A stretch of 64,000 bases of DNA from the human T2T-CHM13v2.0 reference genome, Homo sapiens: NCBI RefSeq assembly GCF_009914755.1, contig NC_060930.1. One strand, written 5' to 3'. Position numbers and translations under genes: made by a program. Below the pieces are notes generated by a model, which was not told where the DNA came from, searched no databases, and worked only from the letters and a program-made list of their open reading frames with translations. This document shows positions 41,859 through 56,106 of this stretch, one piece after another (the stretch's first letter is position 1; each line of letters opens with the position of its first letter).

Positions 41859-43739
41859 CAAAAGGAAACACTGTTTTTGTTTTTTTTTTAAGGTACAAAT
41901 ATAGTTTGTGCATTTGGAAGAAGATGCGGCTCGGGACCCATTCTTTTTGTTATAGGCTTGTGCTATAAACACCCATCTTACTCTTAGTTTGACCTTTGTG
42001 CCGTGGGCTCATGTCTGTAATACAGGAACCCAATCATTTCTGAAAGTCTGTCTAACAGTGATATTGTGTGCAGCAAATGTTTAATGAATGGATGAGTGAA
42101 TGTGAATCAATGGGTGGGGGAATAAATAAATAAATGAATGAATGAAAGTGAAACTGACGAGCCCATACTGGGACTGAATCGGCAATGTGGGCCTCCTGAA
42201 AGCACTGCATGTTAATCACTACTTTTTTGAGCTTTGTGACATGATGTTTGGGTGTCTGGAGAAAAATCCTGTGTGGTGGTGGTCTGGGCTTTTTTACTGA
42301 CGCAATGGCCCACCTGATATAATTTTGATTTCCATCAGCCACTAAACTTAGCCTGAAGACAAAATTTCCTTTGAAAGGATTCAGCTTAGGGGAACAGATA
42401 ATAAGGAGGTGGTTATTTGGGGAAACAAGAGTTACTTTACATTCCTATAACATATTTCTAAAAATGAAACATTCTCAAAGCTGGAAAGTAAGGAAAATCA
42501 AACATTGCTCTACTTGGGGTTTTGAAAATGGAACATTGATTGTTTGTAAAAGTGATGCTTAATTTGGAGGATAAGAAGCGAACTTCTTTCTATAGCCTCA
42601 AGGAGCTAATTAAAATGTGACACGGCAGTGATTATATACTTAGAGGTATCGATAGGTCCTCATTTTTCCACAGCACAGATAATCTCACGCCAGCTCTCAC
42701 CTATATTAAGTGTTAGACACTTGGTACAGGAACGGATTTCTGCTCTTCCCTATCTCTCACTGTTCAGGGACCTTTGGTCAGTTCCTCAGCATATTGTACC
42801 CTAAATGAGGTGATGAGACAGCATCGAGCCAACTGAACTATCAGAGAGTGAGGTCGTAATGCTTATCGGTCACTGTTAAAACCCATCCAACCCATTTTGG
42901 TATGATTCTTGCAGTTACTAAGGCCTGGCCTTCATTCTCTCTCCACTCAGAATTCACTTTAAGCTATTATAAGAAAGCTAAAGATAAAACAGCTTCTGCA
43001 TAATGAAACACTAATCCCCAGAGTGTGACGCCCACGACACAAATGAATGCTAGACAGAAGATAACCAAATGTCTAGACTTATTCAAACCTGCTTCTCATA
43101 GTTCAAACTTGTACTCACTGCTTCATCAGCTTATGAACCATAAACTGATTTAAAAACACACATGCAAAACTGAACAACAACAACAAAAAAACGCTAAACC
43201 CAGTAGAGCCTCTTCACTCAGGCCTTTTTATTTGAGTTTATCTATCCGAATGCAGTAATGCCTCCTTAAGCAGACACAGCTTACTGAAAATATACACAAT
43301 TTGTAGCATCTGAAAGAGAATATGGCCTTTGTCCTTCTTTCTACTCAATATGTTGGTGGACTGGAATGTTTCCAATGTAGTCAATTTTTCTGGCTCTTTA
43401 AAATTAAATTAATAAAAGTATACAATTTAAGGATCTATAGATTTGTGTTCAGCACAATGGACTAAAAGTTGAGCTACTGGATTCTAGAACAAAATGTCAC
43501 TTATAATTAGCTGAGTATATATGACATCTCAGGCATTGTACCAAGGGCCCAGAAAATTACCTCATTTCATTTTTATAATTTTCAGAAGCACCCACTTTCC
43601 TAGCTAGGATACCTACCAATTGTGTTCTTGGGCAAATTATCTTCTATCTTGGTTTGTACAACAGAAGAAGAAATTATTTTAAAATATATGGAATATAATA
43701 AAATAGAAATTTGGCCAATTAATTAATATTAGGCAGTGA

Positions 43740-44147
<408 letters not shown>

Positions 44148-45565
44148 TAGCAGAGAAAGGGACCTGCGAGTGAGTCCTGCCTGGTTCTCGGCTCACACTA
44201 GTCCAGCCTTGGGAAAGAGCTGGGACACCACAGGTAACCACCTTAATTTACCCTTTGCCTGTCTGGCGAAGACAAAGTAAACTGAGTGCCACTTTTATTA
44301 ATGGGAAACCATCTTACTTATAGCAAAAACAAATGCTCAAACCTCATTCATTCTGCGGTTATCTGGATCCTTCATGCTGTAGGTAGGGAACAGAATGGGG
44401 CTCTGAGAGCTCCCTCCTCCGCGCCTCTGCTGGGAGCAAAAATAATCTCAAAACAGGAAAAAGAAGGAGGGGAAATTTTTAATCGTTTTTTTCCCTCCCT
44501 TCAGAATGAGTGGGGAGAATTATACATGGGCAGCTACATATGAGCCAGTACATATAAGTCAATAATGCAAACAGGATCGTCAGGAAAGTGTTTAATTTAT
44601 TCACAAGAAGAACTACCAAGCTTTCAAAAAAAAAAAAAAAAAAACCCAGGCTTTCTTCATCATCCATTTTGCAGTCAGTGTGCTGATAACAAATGGTCAT
44701 TATCTAGTTTCTGGAAAGTAATGTCTATGAATTGGAAAAAAAAAATTGGTCAATAATTTATATGGCTATGTATACTTGAAGTAATGCAACTTATTTTCTT
44801 AGAAGGATCTCTCAATATAGATTAAATTAATGTAAAATGTAAAATGACTTCCTCCTAAAAAATCTAAATTAGAGAGATTTTATTGGCTCAATAATTAATA
44901 CTGCATCACACATCTACTTTCCTCTCTGCCTTCTATCCCTGTGGCCTTTTACAGACAAAGCTTTTGCTATAACCATGGAGCACACAATAGTGCAAACTAT
45001 AAAATATAAGAAAGTACAATACCTGCCTTACAGGGCTGTTGTGAGGACCTAATCAGACAATGCATGAAAAGTACTAAGTATAGTACCTGGCCCAGATTAA
45101 GTATTCATAAATATCAACTGTAATTATTATTCCTTTTATATAAACTTTTATTTCATAGGGAGATGTTTCCTAAAGAAATCTCCTACTCATCTTGCTCGTA
45201 CACCCTAAACGTTTAAAATAATCTCACTGTATCCAATACCTCTGACCCCTCTGAATCCCATCACATTTTCACCGCTTAGTTCATGGTTCCTATCTCTTCC
45301 TCACTGTGTTACAGCCGAGCTGGTACACACTGGAATTCCTGAATTCCTCTAGTAGGCCTTTAGTTTCCATAAAGCAGAAACCCCATACCGTGTATCATTG
45401 CATACTCAGTAGAATGTGGCTTTTATCTTGCATGGTGTAGGCTTTTAATAAGTATTTATTGAATGGATACATGAAGATATGAGTGAATAATGGAATAAAT
45501 CCTGGGGCTCAACAGGCACCTAACCCTACAATATTTCTAATGTTTTGTCAACTTCCCCTAAGATA

Positions 45566-45869
45566 TTATTTTATTTATTTTTTAGAGATGAGGTTTTGCT
45601 CTGTTGCCGAGGCTGGAGGGCAGTGGTGTAATCATAGATCACTGCAGCCTTGAACTGCTGGGCTCAAGTGATTCTCCCACCTCAGCTTCCCCAGTACCTG
45701 GGACTACAGGTATGCATCACCATGCTAGGCTACTTAAAAAAAAATTTTCTTTTGAGACAGGGTCTCACTATGTTGCCCAGGCTGGTCTTTAACTTCTGAC
45801 CTTAGGCAATCCTCCTGCCTCAGCCTCCCAAGTCACTGGGATTACAGGCGCAAGCCACCACACCAAGCC
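45566..45869 (-). mobile_element. AluJ-type SINE
   Basis: atcatagatcactgcagccttgaactgctgggctcaag; left arm gagacagggtctcactatgttgcccagg. Confidence 0.92.
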
Positions 45870-45952
45870 CAATCAATAATAATTTCCAAGTTATGGCTTT
45901 TAATGGAAAGCAGAATAAGAAAGTCTTTCCTGATGTCTACTTCATCAAGTAG

Positions 45953-46436
<484 letters not shown>

Positions 46437-47246
46437 ACAACTTTTTTTTTAATGGCCTAATCTGTTTCTCAGCATACGAACACTGTATCTCACTCCCAGA
46501 CAACTGATGCCATTCATGCTTGAAGAAGAAATCCATGACCAGGTACCAAAGAAGGCTAAATATAAAGGCAGTTTTCTACCTGCCACTACCCTAGTTCATC
46601 CTCGAAGATTTGGTTCAAAAGTTAGCCTCTCAAAGGCCCTCCATATTATTCCACCCTGAACCTCAGAGCTCTTGAGGTTAAAAACTATGAGAAGGAATGG
46701 ATGAGTAAATCAACGAATGAAGGTAAAGCATGTTGTTTGAGACAGGGTGATTAATGGGAGCATGGTCCCAACGCTCTGGTGTAGCAAAAGATTGAGAAGT
46801 GAACACTGTTGTAGAGCTACGAAAAGATATTTGGCACATAATAGGTGCTTAAAATGCTCATTAAATGAAAGAATTAATGCATAACCCTTCCTACTGAATG
46901 TTTGTGTCTAGAAGATGCACTGTCTCAAACTATTCCCATTATAAAAGTAAATATTGTTCCTGTGTACAATTAGTCCCTTCCTCTAGACTATTAATCCCTG
47001 GCTCCTGGCAAAAACTCCTTGCATTTGTACAGAAATGGAATCGGTTTTTGGCCACATTAAGCGATACTTCTTTCCTTAAGCACATCAACTCCCTCTGTGG
47101 CTTTCAGGAATGCTTAGCCTTTGGAATAAAGTAGAAAGTACAGAAATCCACTGGAATACATGGCCTGGCACATGTCAAATCAAAGAAGGAATAGAGAAGC
47201 AGGGAGCATTCATGAGATCTGAACAGTCTGACCATGCAATACTCCT

Positions 47247-47493
47247 TTTTTTTATTTTATTTTATTATTATTATACTTTAAGTTTTAGGTTACATGTGCA
47301 CAATGTGCAGGTTAGTTGCATATGTATACATGTGCCATGCTGGTGTGCTGCACCCATTAACTCGTCATTTAGCATTAGGTATATCTCCTAATGCTGTCCC
47401 TCCCCCCTCCCCCCTCCCCCCACCCCACAACAGTCCCCAGAGTGTGATGTTCCCCTTCCTGTGTCCATGTGTTCTCATTGTTCAATTCCCACC
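47247..47493 (-). mobile_element. 5'-truncated L1PA3-like 3' end
   Basis: cacaatgtgcagg...cacccattaactcgtcatttagcatt. Perfect 11-bp TSD gcaatactcct (47236-47246, 47494-47504). Confidence 0.93.
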
Positions 47494-47684
47494 GCAATAC
47501 TCCTAACGCTAATAATTGTAGGTGTTAATGGTAACAATTTGTTATAAATGATACAACATATTTCTATTTGTTCCTTAGCTTTCAAGCATTCGCTTGATGT
47601 CATGGTCTGAAATTTGGCCAAGGTGTTCCTATTTTCAGGCCTCGACATGCCCACAGATGCTTCCCTGGTTATCCTTCATTGAAC

Positions 47685-48045
47685 CAACTCCTCCACTTAC
47701 TAGCTGTGTGACTTTGTACAAGTAAGGTAACCACCCACCCTAAGCCCCAATTTCCTTTTCTGTTGAATAAGGGTAATGATGGTACATATGTCTTACAACT
47801 GTCATGAGCTTTTTGTATTGTTTTCTTCTTTGAGATGGGTTCTTGCTATGTTGCCTAGGCTAGGCTCAAACTCTGGGGCTCAAGTGATCCTCCTGCCTCA
47901 GCCACCCAAGTAGCTGGGAGTACAGGTGCATGACACTGCACATGGCTTCCCATGAGCTTTTGATGAACTGCTGCATGTAAATATTTTAGCACAGTGCTTG
48001 GCACATAATACATGTTCAATAAATGTTATCTATTCCAATCATTAT
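47685..48045 (+). mobile_element. MIR SINE interrupted by a FLAM
   Basis: ctccacttactagctgtgtgactttg...tttagcacagtgcttggcacataata...ttcaataaatgtta. Confidence 0.75.
47814..47948 (-). mobile_element. FLAM-type Alu monomer
   Basis: Monomer with perfect TSD catgagctttt (47803-47813, 47951-47961). Confidence 0.88.
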
Positions 48046-49525
48046 TATAATTAATAGCCAATCCTATTCTTATGATAGTTCTATCACTGTCTACTCATTT
48101 GCCTGGTAATCATATACTCTTTGTATTTTATAAATATATACATTAATATATTTTATAAATATTTTTATAATATTTTGAGTAATTTAAAATGCCCAAATGG
48201 CTGTTTTCTTGTGATACAACCATGGAGTACTTTCCAGGGTGGGTATGGCAGTGTGCAAAGGAAAAGGCCTGGCCCTGGGCAGTGCTATTTTCAGAGTGTG
48301 TGAGGGCCAGGCTGCACCACATCCCATATTTCCCTTTGAAGAAATCAGCCAACGTAACAAGCAAAGGTGCCAGGGAGGCCTTGAGGGTACCAGTGTACAG
48401 GGGACACTGCTACATGTGCATGCTGAGTGGCTGCCCGGGTCTGCCTTTGTGTACTAGGGGAATGTGTGGTGAGGCTGGAGGGGACAGAGCTGGCCACCTG
48501 TGAGAAGGACTCTCAGGGCTGCTGTCATCATTTGGCAGAGTCCATCCTTCTACTCCAACCCAACCTCACTCTCAGGGAGGGGACGGATGAGGACCGCTCA
48601 TCCTATCATCTACAGGGTTTTTAAAGTGTGGGTCCTCATTCTCTGGCCTGGGTGGCCATGATCCGAGGGCATTTTGTTCTGGTGCACAGATACAAAGACT
48701 GGGGATGGGGAGGACAGTAATCTTTTATACAAGGACACATGAACCACCACACTGGTGCCTTAGAGAACATAGGCAACGAATACTCTGCTGCAGCATAAGT
48801 GATCGAAAGTCACACGTTAATGCAAATTATGTAAATCCTCACTAAATGATTTGAATAGAAAGGAAATCACCATAGCACCACTGTTCTCCATAACGTGAGC
48901 TGCAGTGTTCTATGCTGCATTTTACTTCCCCGGTATGAGGGCAGCTAGAGAGATGGTGGGATGACTTTCACTGTCTCTGGGGACCTTCAGACAAATTAGC
49001 TATCTTGTGAACAGTCCCAGGATGCCAACTTTCTAAATAAACATCAAAATGCATTTACTGTCTGTATCACTTAAGAGGTTGAGAATGGAGGGGGGAGCCT
49101 AACTGCAAACATTTGCGTGTTTTTATTTAACAATAGCTTAGCTATTAGACAATATAGAGTATTAGAAAGACTGTCTTAGAAGACTGAAGAGGTGAAGCTG
49201 GTGTTCTGAGTATGTCTACACAGCCTGCATAGAGGCAGATGTATATAAATGATCATGTTACTCTGCCTAAAATGGATAAAACTCGGAACAAAACAATCCA
49301 CATTTAGTAATACCCTGAAGCTGACTCTAATTTGTATTCACTGTGACAACTCCTTACTTTCAAATCTGAAGTAATTATTAGAAAGTGAGAAAACAGACAT
49401 TACTTTTGGGAAGCTGGGAGATGGCTTTATAGTCTAAGTTGCCACTAGATAGAATGACCCATAAAAATTACTTGGAAGGCTATTATCTCATAACCGGGGC
49501 CTATAAAATCTAACAGTTACAGATT

Positions 49526-49554
49526 CTCTCTCTCTCTCTCTGTCTCTCTCTCTC
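49526..49554. repeat. (CT)n microsatellite
   Basis: tctctctctctctctctgtctctctctctc. Confidence 0.9.
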
Positions 49555-50362
49555 GTGTGTATTTTAATTAAAGACTTAAACTGCTAAGAGACAAAACTGA
49601 AAACATGTACGTAATCCAATTTTGCATAATGTCTCTGCGGTTTTGTAGTTGATTTTCCCCATCTGACCCTGACTTACATGTGATACACACACATTTACTG
49701 GTTTATGGTAGGAAAACTGCTCTGGCTGGGTACTGGCACTCGCCTTTGTGATTCAGGCATGAAACCATGAGGTGCCCAGCTGGAATTCAGAAGAAGTACA
49801 TTAGGACAGAGGGGCAGCTTTGTATTTATTTATTAGGTTCTTCCAACTTAAGTTGCCAGGGTAGCATGAGCTTTTTAAAAACAGTTGTTTCTGGCCTTCC
49901 TGTTTTAGGCTTTTATCTAATAGAGTGTGAGAAGACATGAGTTCACATGCAGCTAAGGATGAGATTATTCAAACTGAAACCAACCCCACATATCAAACCG
50001 TGGTGTCATTTTCGTCACTTTAACAGTAGAAAGGACACAGGAAAAAAAAAAGAATGAAATCATTTACTGAACTAACAGTTACATTTGTCCCCTCCTGCCT
50101 TGGATAAATAATGACTAATTTTTAAATAACGGATTGGTACAGCTCTGAGATTAGGAGACAGAAAGCATGGAAAGGTCCTCAGACCTTTTAGGTTTGGTGC
50201 TTTCCTGTTCCTCTGAATGGGCATTTTTCAAAACCATTTTGAATGTAAAAGGCTGTAGAGTTCAACACTGGGCTTCTTCCTACTTTATGAGGTTATACAC
50301 AGGTTCAAGGGTGAGGGTAAAGACAAGCAGGTGCAGAGTTTCACACGGGAGGGTGGGGGGGG

Positions 50363-50569
50363 CGTGAGTGTGCATGCATACATATTTGTGGGAGATGAGC
50401 GTGCATGCAAATAGGTGTGCAGAAGTGAGTGCACACAAATGCACATGTGTGGGTGAGTGTGCATACAAGTACATGTGCAGGCGTTGATATGCATACATGT
50501 GTGCAGGCGTGAGTGTGTACACAGTGTGCAGGGGCCATGACTGTGCATGTATATGTACACTGCAGGGGC
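50363..50569. repeat. Degenerate ~26-34-bp minisatellite, about 7 units
   Basis: Recurring (c)gtgagtgtgcat...tgtgcagg units. Confidence 0.65.
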
Positions 50570-53500
50570 AATATGGAAAAAAACATGGAATACAATGCAG
50601 TTTAGCCACGACTGGCAGCCAAGATTGACCTTTAAGCCCATTTCATGGCCACTGCATATGCATTTTTTATTATATGCCAATCCCAGGACCTGGTGCAAAG
50701 ATAGCCAGTAAGAAGTAAGATCTTCATCTTTTGAAGTATATAAGGGTTTTTTTTTTTATTTGCCTCTGTGCTAAGAAGAATGGCCAAATCATATTCCTCT
50801 TCATTCCAAGTTGGAGCAGAACAGCCTTAGGTTGCTGCCAACTGTTATCCTTCGAGAGGGCCACATATTTTGAGGTTTCAGAGACAGTGAGGTAGATTCT
50901 GCCTTGAGAAATATCAGACACTCAAGTACTCCGGCGACACACTGAGCAAATGTTTTTGCCAGCAGAAAGATATAGGTGGGTTCACCGTGGCGCAGGTGAG
51001 GGAGAGGAAGCTGTGCACAGTAAGCGCACTTTCTCTTCTCCAGACATCCTGGTGCCACAGTAGTTCCCATTCTCTCTCCTCTTCTGTAACTTCTAAGACC
51101 TTTGCCTTAAGTGAATGGATCCTCCTAAGACAGCCATAACTGCATTTATTTACGTCCCTGCTCTTTGACTTGAAAAGTTCACCCTTTCTTGGAGAGAGAG
51201 ACTTGGAAAAGAGAGGCATGAAGGGTCTCAAGCCCTGGCAATTCTGCCTCAGTGAATCCGACTTCTACCTCCACAGTGAAATCTCCCTAGCTAGTTGAGG
51301 GGCAGCAGTATTAATTGTTCCTTCCTAAGAGTTGTCAAGCAAATCAACCTGAGAACTGGAATCCACCCAAGACACACCTATGCCTTTTACAATAAAGATT
51401 CAGTGAAGAATCCTGCCCTTCACAACAGCCTCCTCAAGTAGGGAAAACGCTACAAAAAATGGATACATGACAACCAGGAACTCCTTCACCCACAGAGAGA
51501 TGTTTCTTTGATCTGCCTTATCTCTGCCATCTGTTTTCCCAACCTGGGCCAATGTGGTCTAATTTCAGTTCTTTCATATTTTCACAAGTCAGAGGGAAAC
51601 CAGGAATCTTAAAGGTTTACTACTGAAAAGCACTTTATTTTCAGTAAGGTGCTTTAAAAAATAGAATTGTCATATCTGATCTGATTCAGGTAAGAAATTT
51701 CAGAAAGGGAACTCTAGAATTCATTTTTCATAAAGGGACAGTCAGTGGAATAGAGCACCAGGGGTAGGGGGAGTCTTTATAATCACACACCTCTCTCTGA
51801 ATACATTTCACTTGTTAGCCATCAGGTCTGAAAACTGTAGTGCTGGCTCTGTTCAGTTATTGTTCAAGTGTGATCTCAATGACCCTGAAATTCTTCTTTG
51901 TCATTTTGCATCAGGCTGTTTTTCATGATTTCACTTTGTTCCCATCCTCACGGCCTTCTACTACGCAAGGTCTCATGATATAAATGAAGGTTATCTTCTT
52001 TTCCTTCCAGTCACTCCTCTTTACAGAAATCTCCTACATAATTGAGACGCTGTCATCAATCAGTCAACCAACCAAGCCCCCTGAACTGGGTCCTTGTGAT
52101 GTTCCAGGGGTTTAATTACAAGGAATGCTAGCTCCTAACATCTCAGATACCATGGGCTCGAAGACTTGTAACATGTGATATTAGGGCAGCAATGGTTTCC
52201 TCTACTGGTCCGGGATTTGGGGTTTTAGGGGCTCTCTTCACAGATGAGAGAATTTTGCAGCTTCTTGCCACTGGCTGCAATGACGCTCCCCAGTGAGGTG
52301 GAGGCCTAGAGAGAGGGGAGGGTGACTTAAGGTGGGCAGGGCCTAGCCTTGATTACAGGCTCTCAAGGATTAACCTCGGGAGGACAGAGAGGAGAGAAGA
52401 CAAGGTGAAGCTTTGTGAGTGGACAGAAATTAAATAAAGGGGTTTCCAAGTTAAGTACAGTGCTCCTGGAGAAGCAAGTTGGAGGCTGCTGGTATCATGC
52501 ATCCACCTGCAGGACTATTTAGTGGTACCTGATTATTCTGATCACAAACAATGGTGTTTTTATGCATCATTTATCTTCAGAGAGAGTCTATCTGAGCTGC
52601 TTGAAGCAAATGAAACTTATGGATTGGACTAGCCTTACGAGAATGCTAGTTTCAGAGCTATGGCTGTGCCTATAGCAGTTTGTAGGAATTTATTATATAA
52701 AGTCCTTTTAACCCCTTGGAGCACTTTTACATCCTTCGCATCACATGATCCTCCAGGTAATCCTATAAGACTGGAAGAACAGGTGTGAAAAGACCATGTC
52801 TTATCAAGACCCAGTGGGCCTAAGTGATCTGTCTAAGGTAGACAGAGGGCAGGTGGCAGGGAGCGGCCTGGATCTGCCTTCTGATTTTGTTTCTTTTGTC
52901 ATGGTTGCTACAACATCATTGCTCCTACAGGCAGAATCAAGAGCTACGGGTTCAAGGGACGAGAGGGAAGAAGGACACAAGCCGGGTGTGTGCATGCGCA
53001 TGAATGGAGCCTGCGTGCACAAACATTCGGTGATTTGGAGCCATTTACGCAGCTCATCTGGAAAATCACAGCAGAGGAGAGGTTTCCTATGGGGAAGTCT
53101 GTTGGGAGCCTGATTTTACCCCTCTCTCTTTGCTCCAGGCTGCACTGGCAAACCTTCGGCTATTTAATAATAGTATCTAGTTGATTTACATCCAGGGTTG
53201 CCCAGGGTTCTAGTGTGTGCACTGCCAGGCACAAACAAGTACAGACCAGCTCATGCCCCACAACAAAGTGGCCATTTTATGGGGAATCAACTGGAATTCT
53301 CCATTGCTGTCTCTGTCTGCCCTGCTACTCAGAAGACGGTGGAAGGAATGCTGAAGTAAGCTTCTGTAAGAGCTCACTGGCCTGGCTTTGAAAGAGAGGA
53401 TCAGCTGGGATCTCTGAATAGATGAGGAGTCAGGGTGAAGACAGAAACAAAGAAGTGTTTCAGGTGCAAAGGAACTGTGGGTGCTCCATGACTCTCTGAA

Positions 53501-55283
53501 GGGAGTCCAAGGGCTGGACCATTCAGAACCTTCAGGAAGACTCAGAACAGCTCCAGCCTGCCTGAGCTGGAAGCAGTGTCACTGTTGGTGTTGCGTCTCC
53601 TCTGAGGACCTTCCAGAACCATCTAATGGCATGGGTCAGAACTACTGACTGCTGCATTTTGCACTCAGGGCCTTCCATGAATGGCAGTTTCTGGTACCTT
53701 TGCAGACTATTCCCTAACATGCCCTTTACACATAAATTCAGCCAACTGAAATCAGAGCAATATTTGAGCTATGGCCTTTTTTCCCTCTAAAATGCTACCA
53801 AACACTAGATCTCTTAGTTCTTTCATATTTTAAAGTGCACAGATGCCTGATTTCAGATTCTGTGAAACAGCGCACAAATTAATATTTACAAATGCTTTCT
53901 GTCTCAGGACCCCTCTGTAGCTACTAACTTCACATTTGGGAAAAAGTAGACCCTACTCCATCCCACTGTGCCACGTTGTTTACCAAAAGTATCCCACCAG
54001 GCACTTGTATTCCTCACCCACGTGTATTACTTTAAAATGCCTTTCGGTAAAGGAGAATTTGAATAGCATTTTACGCATTAACTGTCTGGGAATGCTCCCA
54101 ACATAATATACTGAAACACAGAAGACTGGCTGTAGGTCCAGATCACCTGGTAGTGAACCATGGAAAGGTATTATTCACACACCTTGGAGCCTGCGGATTC
54201 TCTAAGCCTTCTTAATCATTCTTCAGGTATTACTTTGTCCTTCAAAACAGCAGATTTCAGACGCATTTATAAAACAATTCAGTTGTAATCTGGGTCCCTA
54301 AAGCTTCAGTATAGACATTTATCTTGTAAGTAACAAAGAGATGGGAAGATTTCCTAAGTTCTCATGCTATCCCACCTCCTGCTTGTGTTACTCACTATTC
54401 AAAATTTAAGAATAAGAAGTCATCTGGGAGAAAGGGGATGGGACCGAGCATCCCTGAAACACGGCTCAGGGCTTGGTTCCCTCCTATGCCCATCACCTGC
54501 TCCCTCACTCAACCACAAACACGGCTGCAATATCAGGGTCAGTGTTCCACATCCCGTAGCAGATGACCCTCTGTTCCAGAACAAACAAAGTGTGCACCCT
54601 ATAAGCATGATGACATTAGAATTAGACTTCAAAGCTAGCCTCAAGATGCTCACAGACTGATATTAACCACTGTCTGCCACAAGCATATGGCACAAGACAG
54701 GCTGGAGCAGATCACAAGGAAAGACTCGTTGGCATATTGGCCCACAATACTGCCACAGAGGCAGAGCTTAGAGAGGGTGCTAGGCAAGGCATTCATCCGC
54801 TATTTCACTCTGGAAAGGGGATCAGTTGGGGGAAAAAAATCTGCAAACCTTTTGAGGACAGAAGGCAATATTGCTTGAAATTTATGAGTAATGAGCCATT
54901 TTGGGAGAAGGAAGTTGATTCTGTCATTCATTTTGACAGGGCTTATTAACACAAAAGGAGGAGAGGGCTGGTGGGGAGGGTGGGGCACTTGTGGGAAGGT
55001 GCAGAGAGGACAGAAGGGTGAAGCCAGCCAGGCAAATGAGAATGAGAAATTGCAATTATGGACCTTATGGAGGAGCTGCTGGTAAGCTACCCTGGCCAAA
55101 GGAAAATGTTGATTGGACCAATTTTCAGAGGGAAACAGACAGCTCTTCTGCAAGCAGATGGATGACAAATCTCTAGGAGGAGGCTGTGTTGTTCATGTGT
55201 GAAATGGTCTTAGCCAAGGAGTAAAAGCGCCAAGCCATGTATGTAAGCAGAGCCACCTGGCCTGTGTGTGGTGGTGGGGCCGA

Positions 55284-55336
55284 GTGTGTGTGTGTGTGTG
55301 TCTGTATGTGTGTGTGTGTGTGAGAGAGAGAGAGAG
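55284..55336. repeat. Compound (TG)n(GA)n microsatellite
   Basis: Direct observation. Confidence 0.95.
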
Positions 55337-55893
55337 GCAGAGAGAAGGATGGAGAGACACTGGCAGCAAAATCTCTTGCTGAAAACTCCAGGACACTTTA
55401 ACCAAGCAGCCCCCATTTGTACATCTCTGTCTATCTCTGTCTCTCTGTCTTGTTTTTTCCTTTCTTGTTTCCCTCCCCCTCTATCCAGCATCCCCTTGCT
55501 GCTTTAACCTTTTCCCCCATCTCTTAGATGTATCTTGTCCTGTGGAACTATAAGATCCAAAAACTGGGGGAAAGAAAAAAAAAAAAAAGACCAAGTAGAG
55601 GCAGGATCGAGATTAAAGTGGCCAGAAAATAATCTGCCAGCAGAGGCCAAGCTCAGAACAAGCCCTTCAATGCCGCTCACCTAAAGCCCCGCCCCCTCAC
55701 CAATAAAGTCTATTCTCATGGACCAGATTGTATGTCGGAGAAGAGCAGGAGGCATCTTTGTGGATGGACACGGTCTAGATCCAGACATGGAACTCTCCAT
55801 GTCCTTGACTGGGGGCCATGCTTCTCTCCAGTACAGATGTGGCAGACATCCCTTCCCAAGCATTCGAATTGTTCTTTTAAGGTTAAGGTAAAC

Positions 55894-56106
55894 CAGGGTT
55901 TCTCAGCCTTGGCACTGTTGACATCTTGTGCTGGATGATTCTTTGTGGTGGGGGCTGTCCTGTGTGTTGCAGGATGTTTAGCAGCATTCCTCGCTTCTAC
56001 TCACTAGATGCTGGTAGCTCCTCCCCAGTCGTGACAAGCAAAAATGACTTCAGACATTCAGACATTGCCAACTTGCCCACGGCGGAGGGAGCAAAATTAG
56101 AATCAC
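55894..56106 (-). mobile_element. MER20 hAT-Charlie element
   Basis: cagggtttctcagccttggcactgttgacat...ggggctgtcctgtgtgttgcaggatgtttagcagcattcc...cagacattgccaa. Confidence 0.88.

Noticed and set aside
50724-51231. Three overlapping minus-strand ORFs
   Set aside because: None resembles a known protein, and there is no consistent minus-strand exon boundary.
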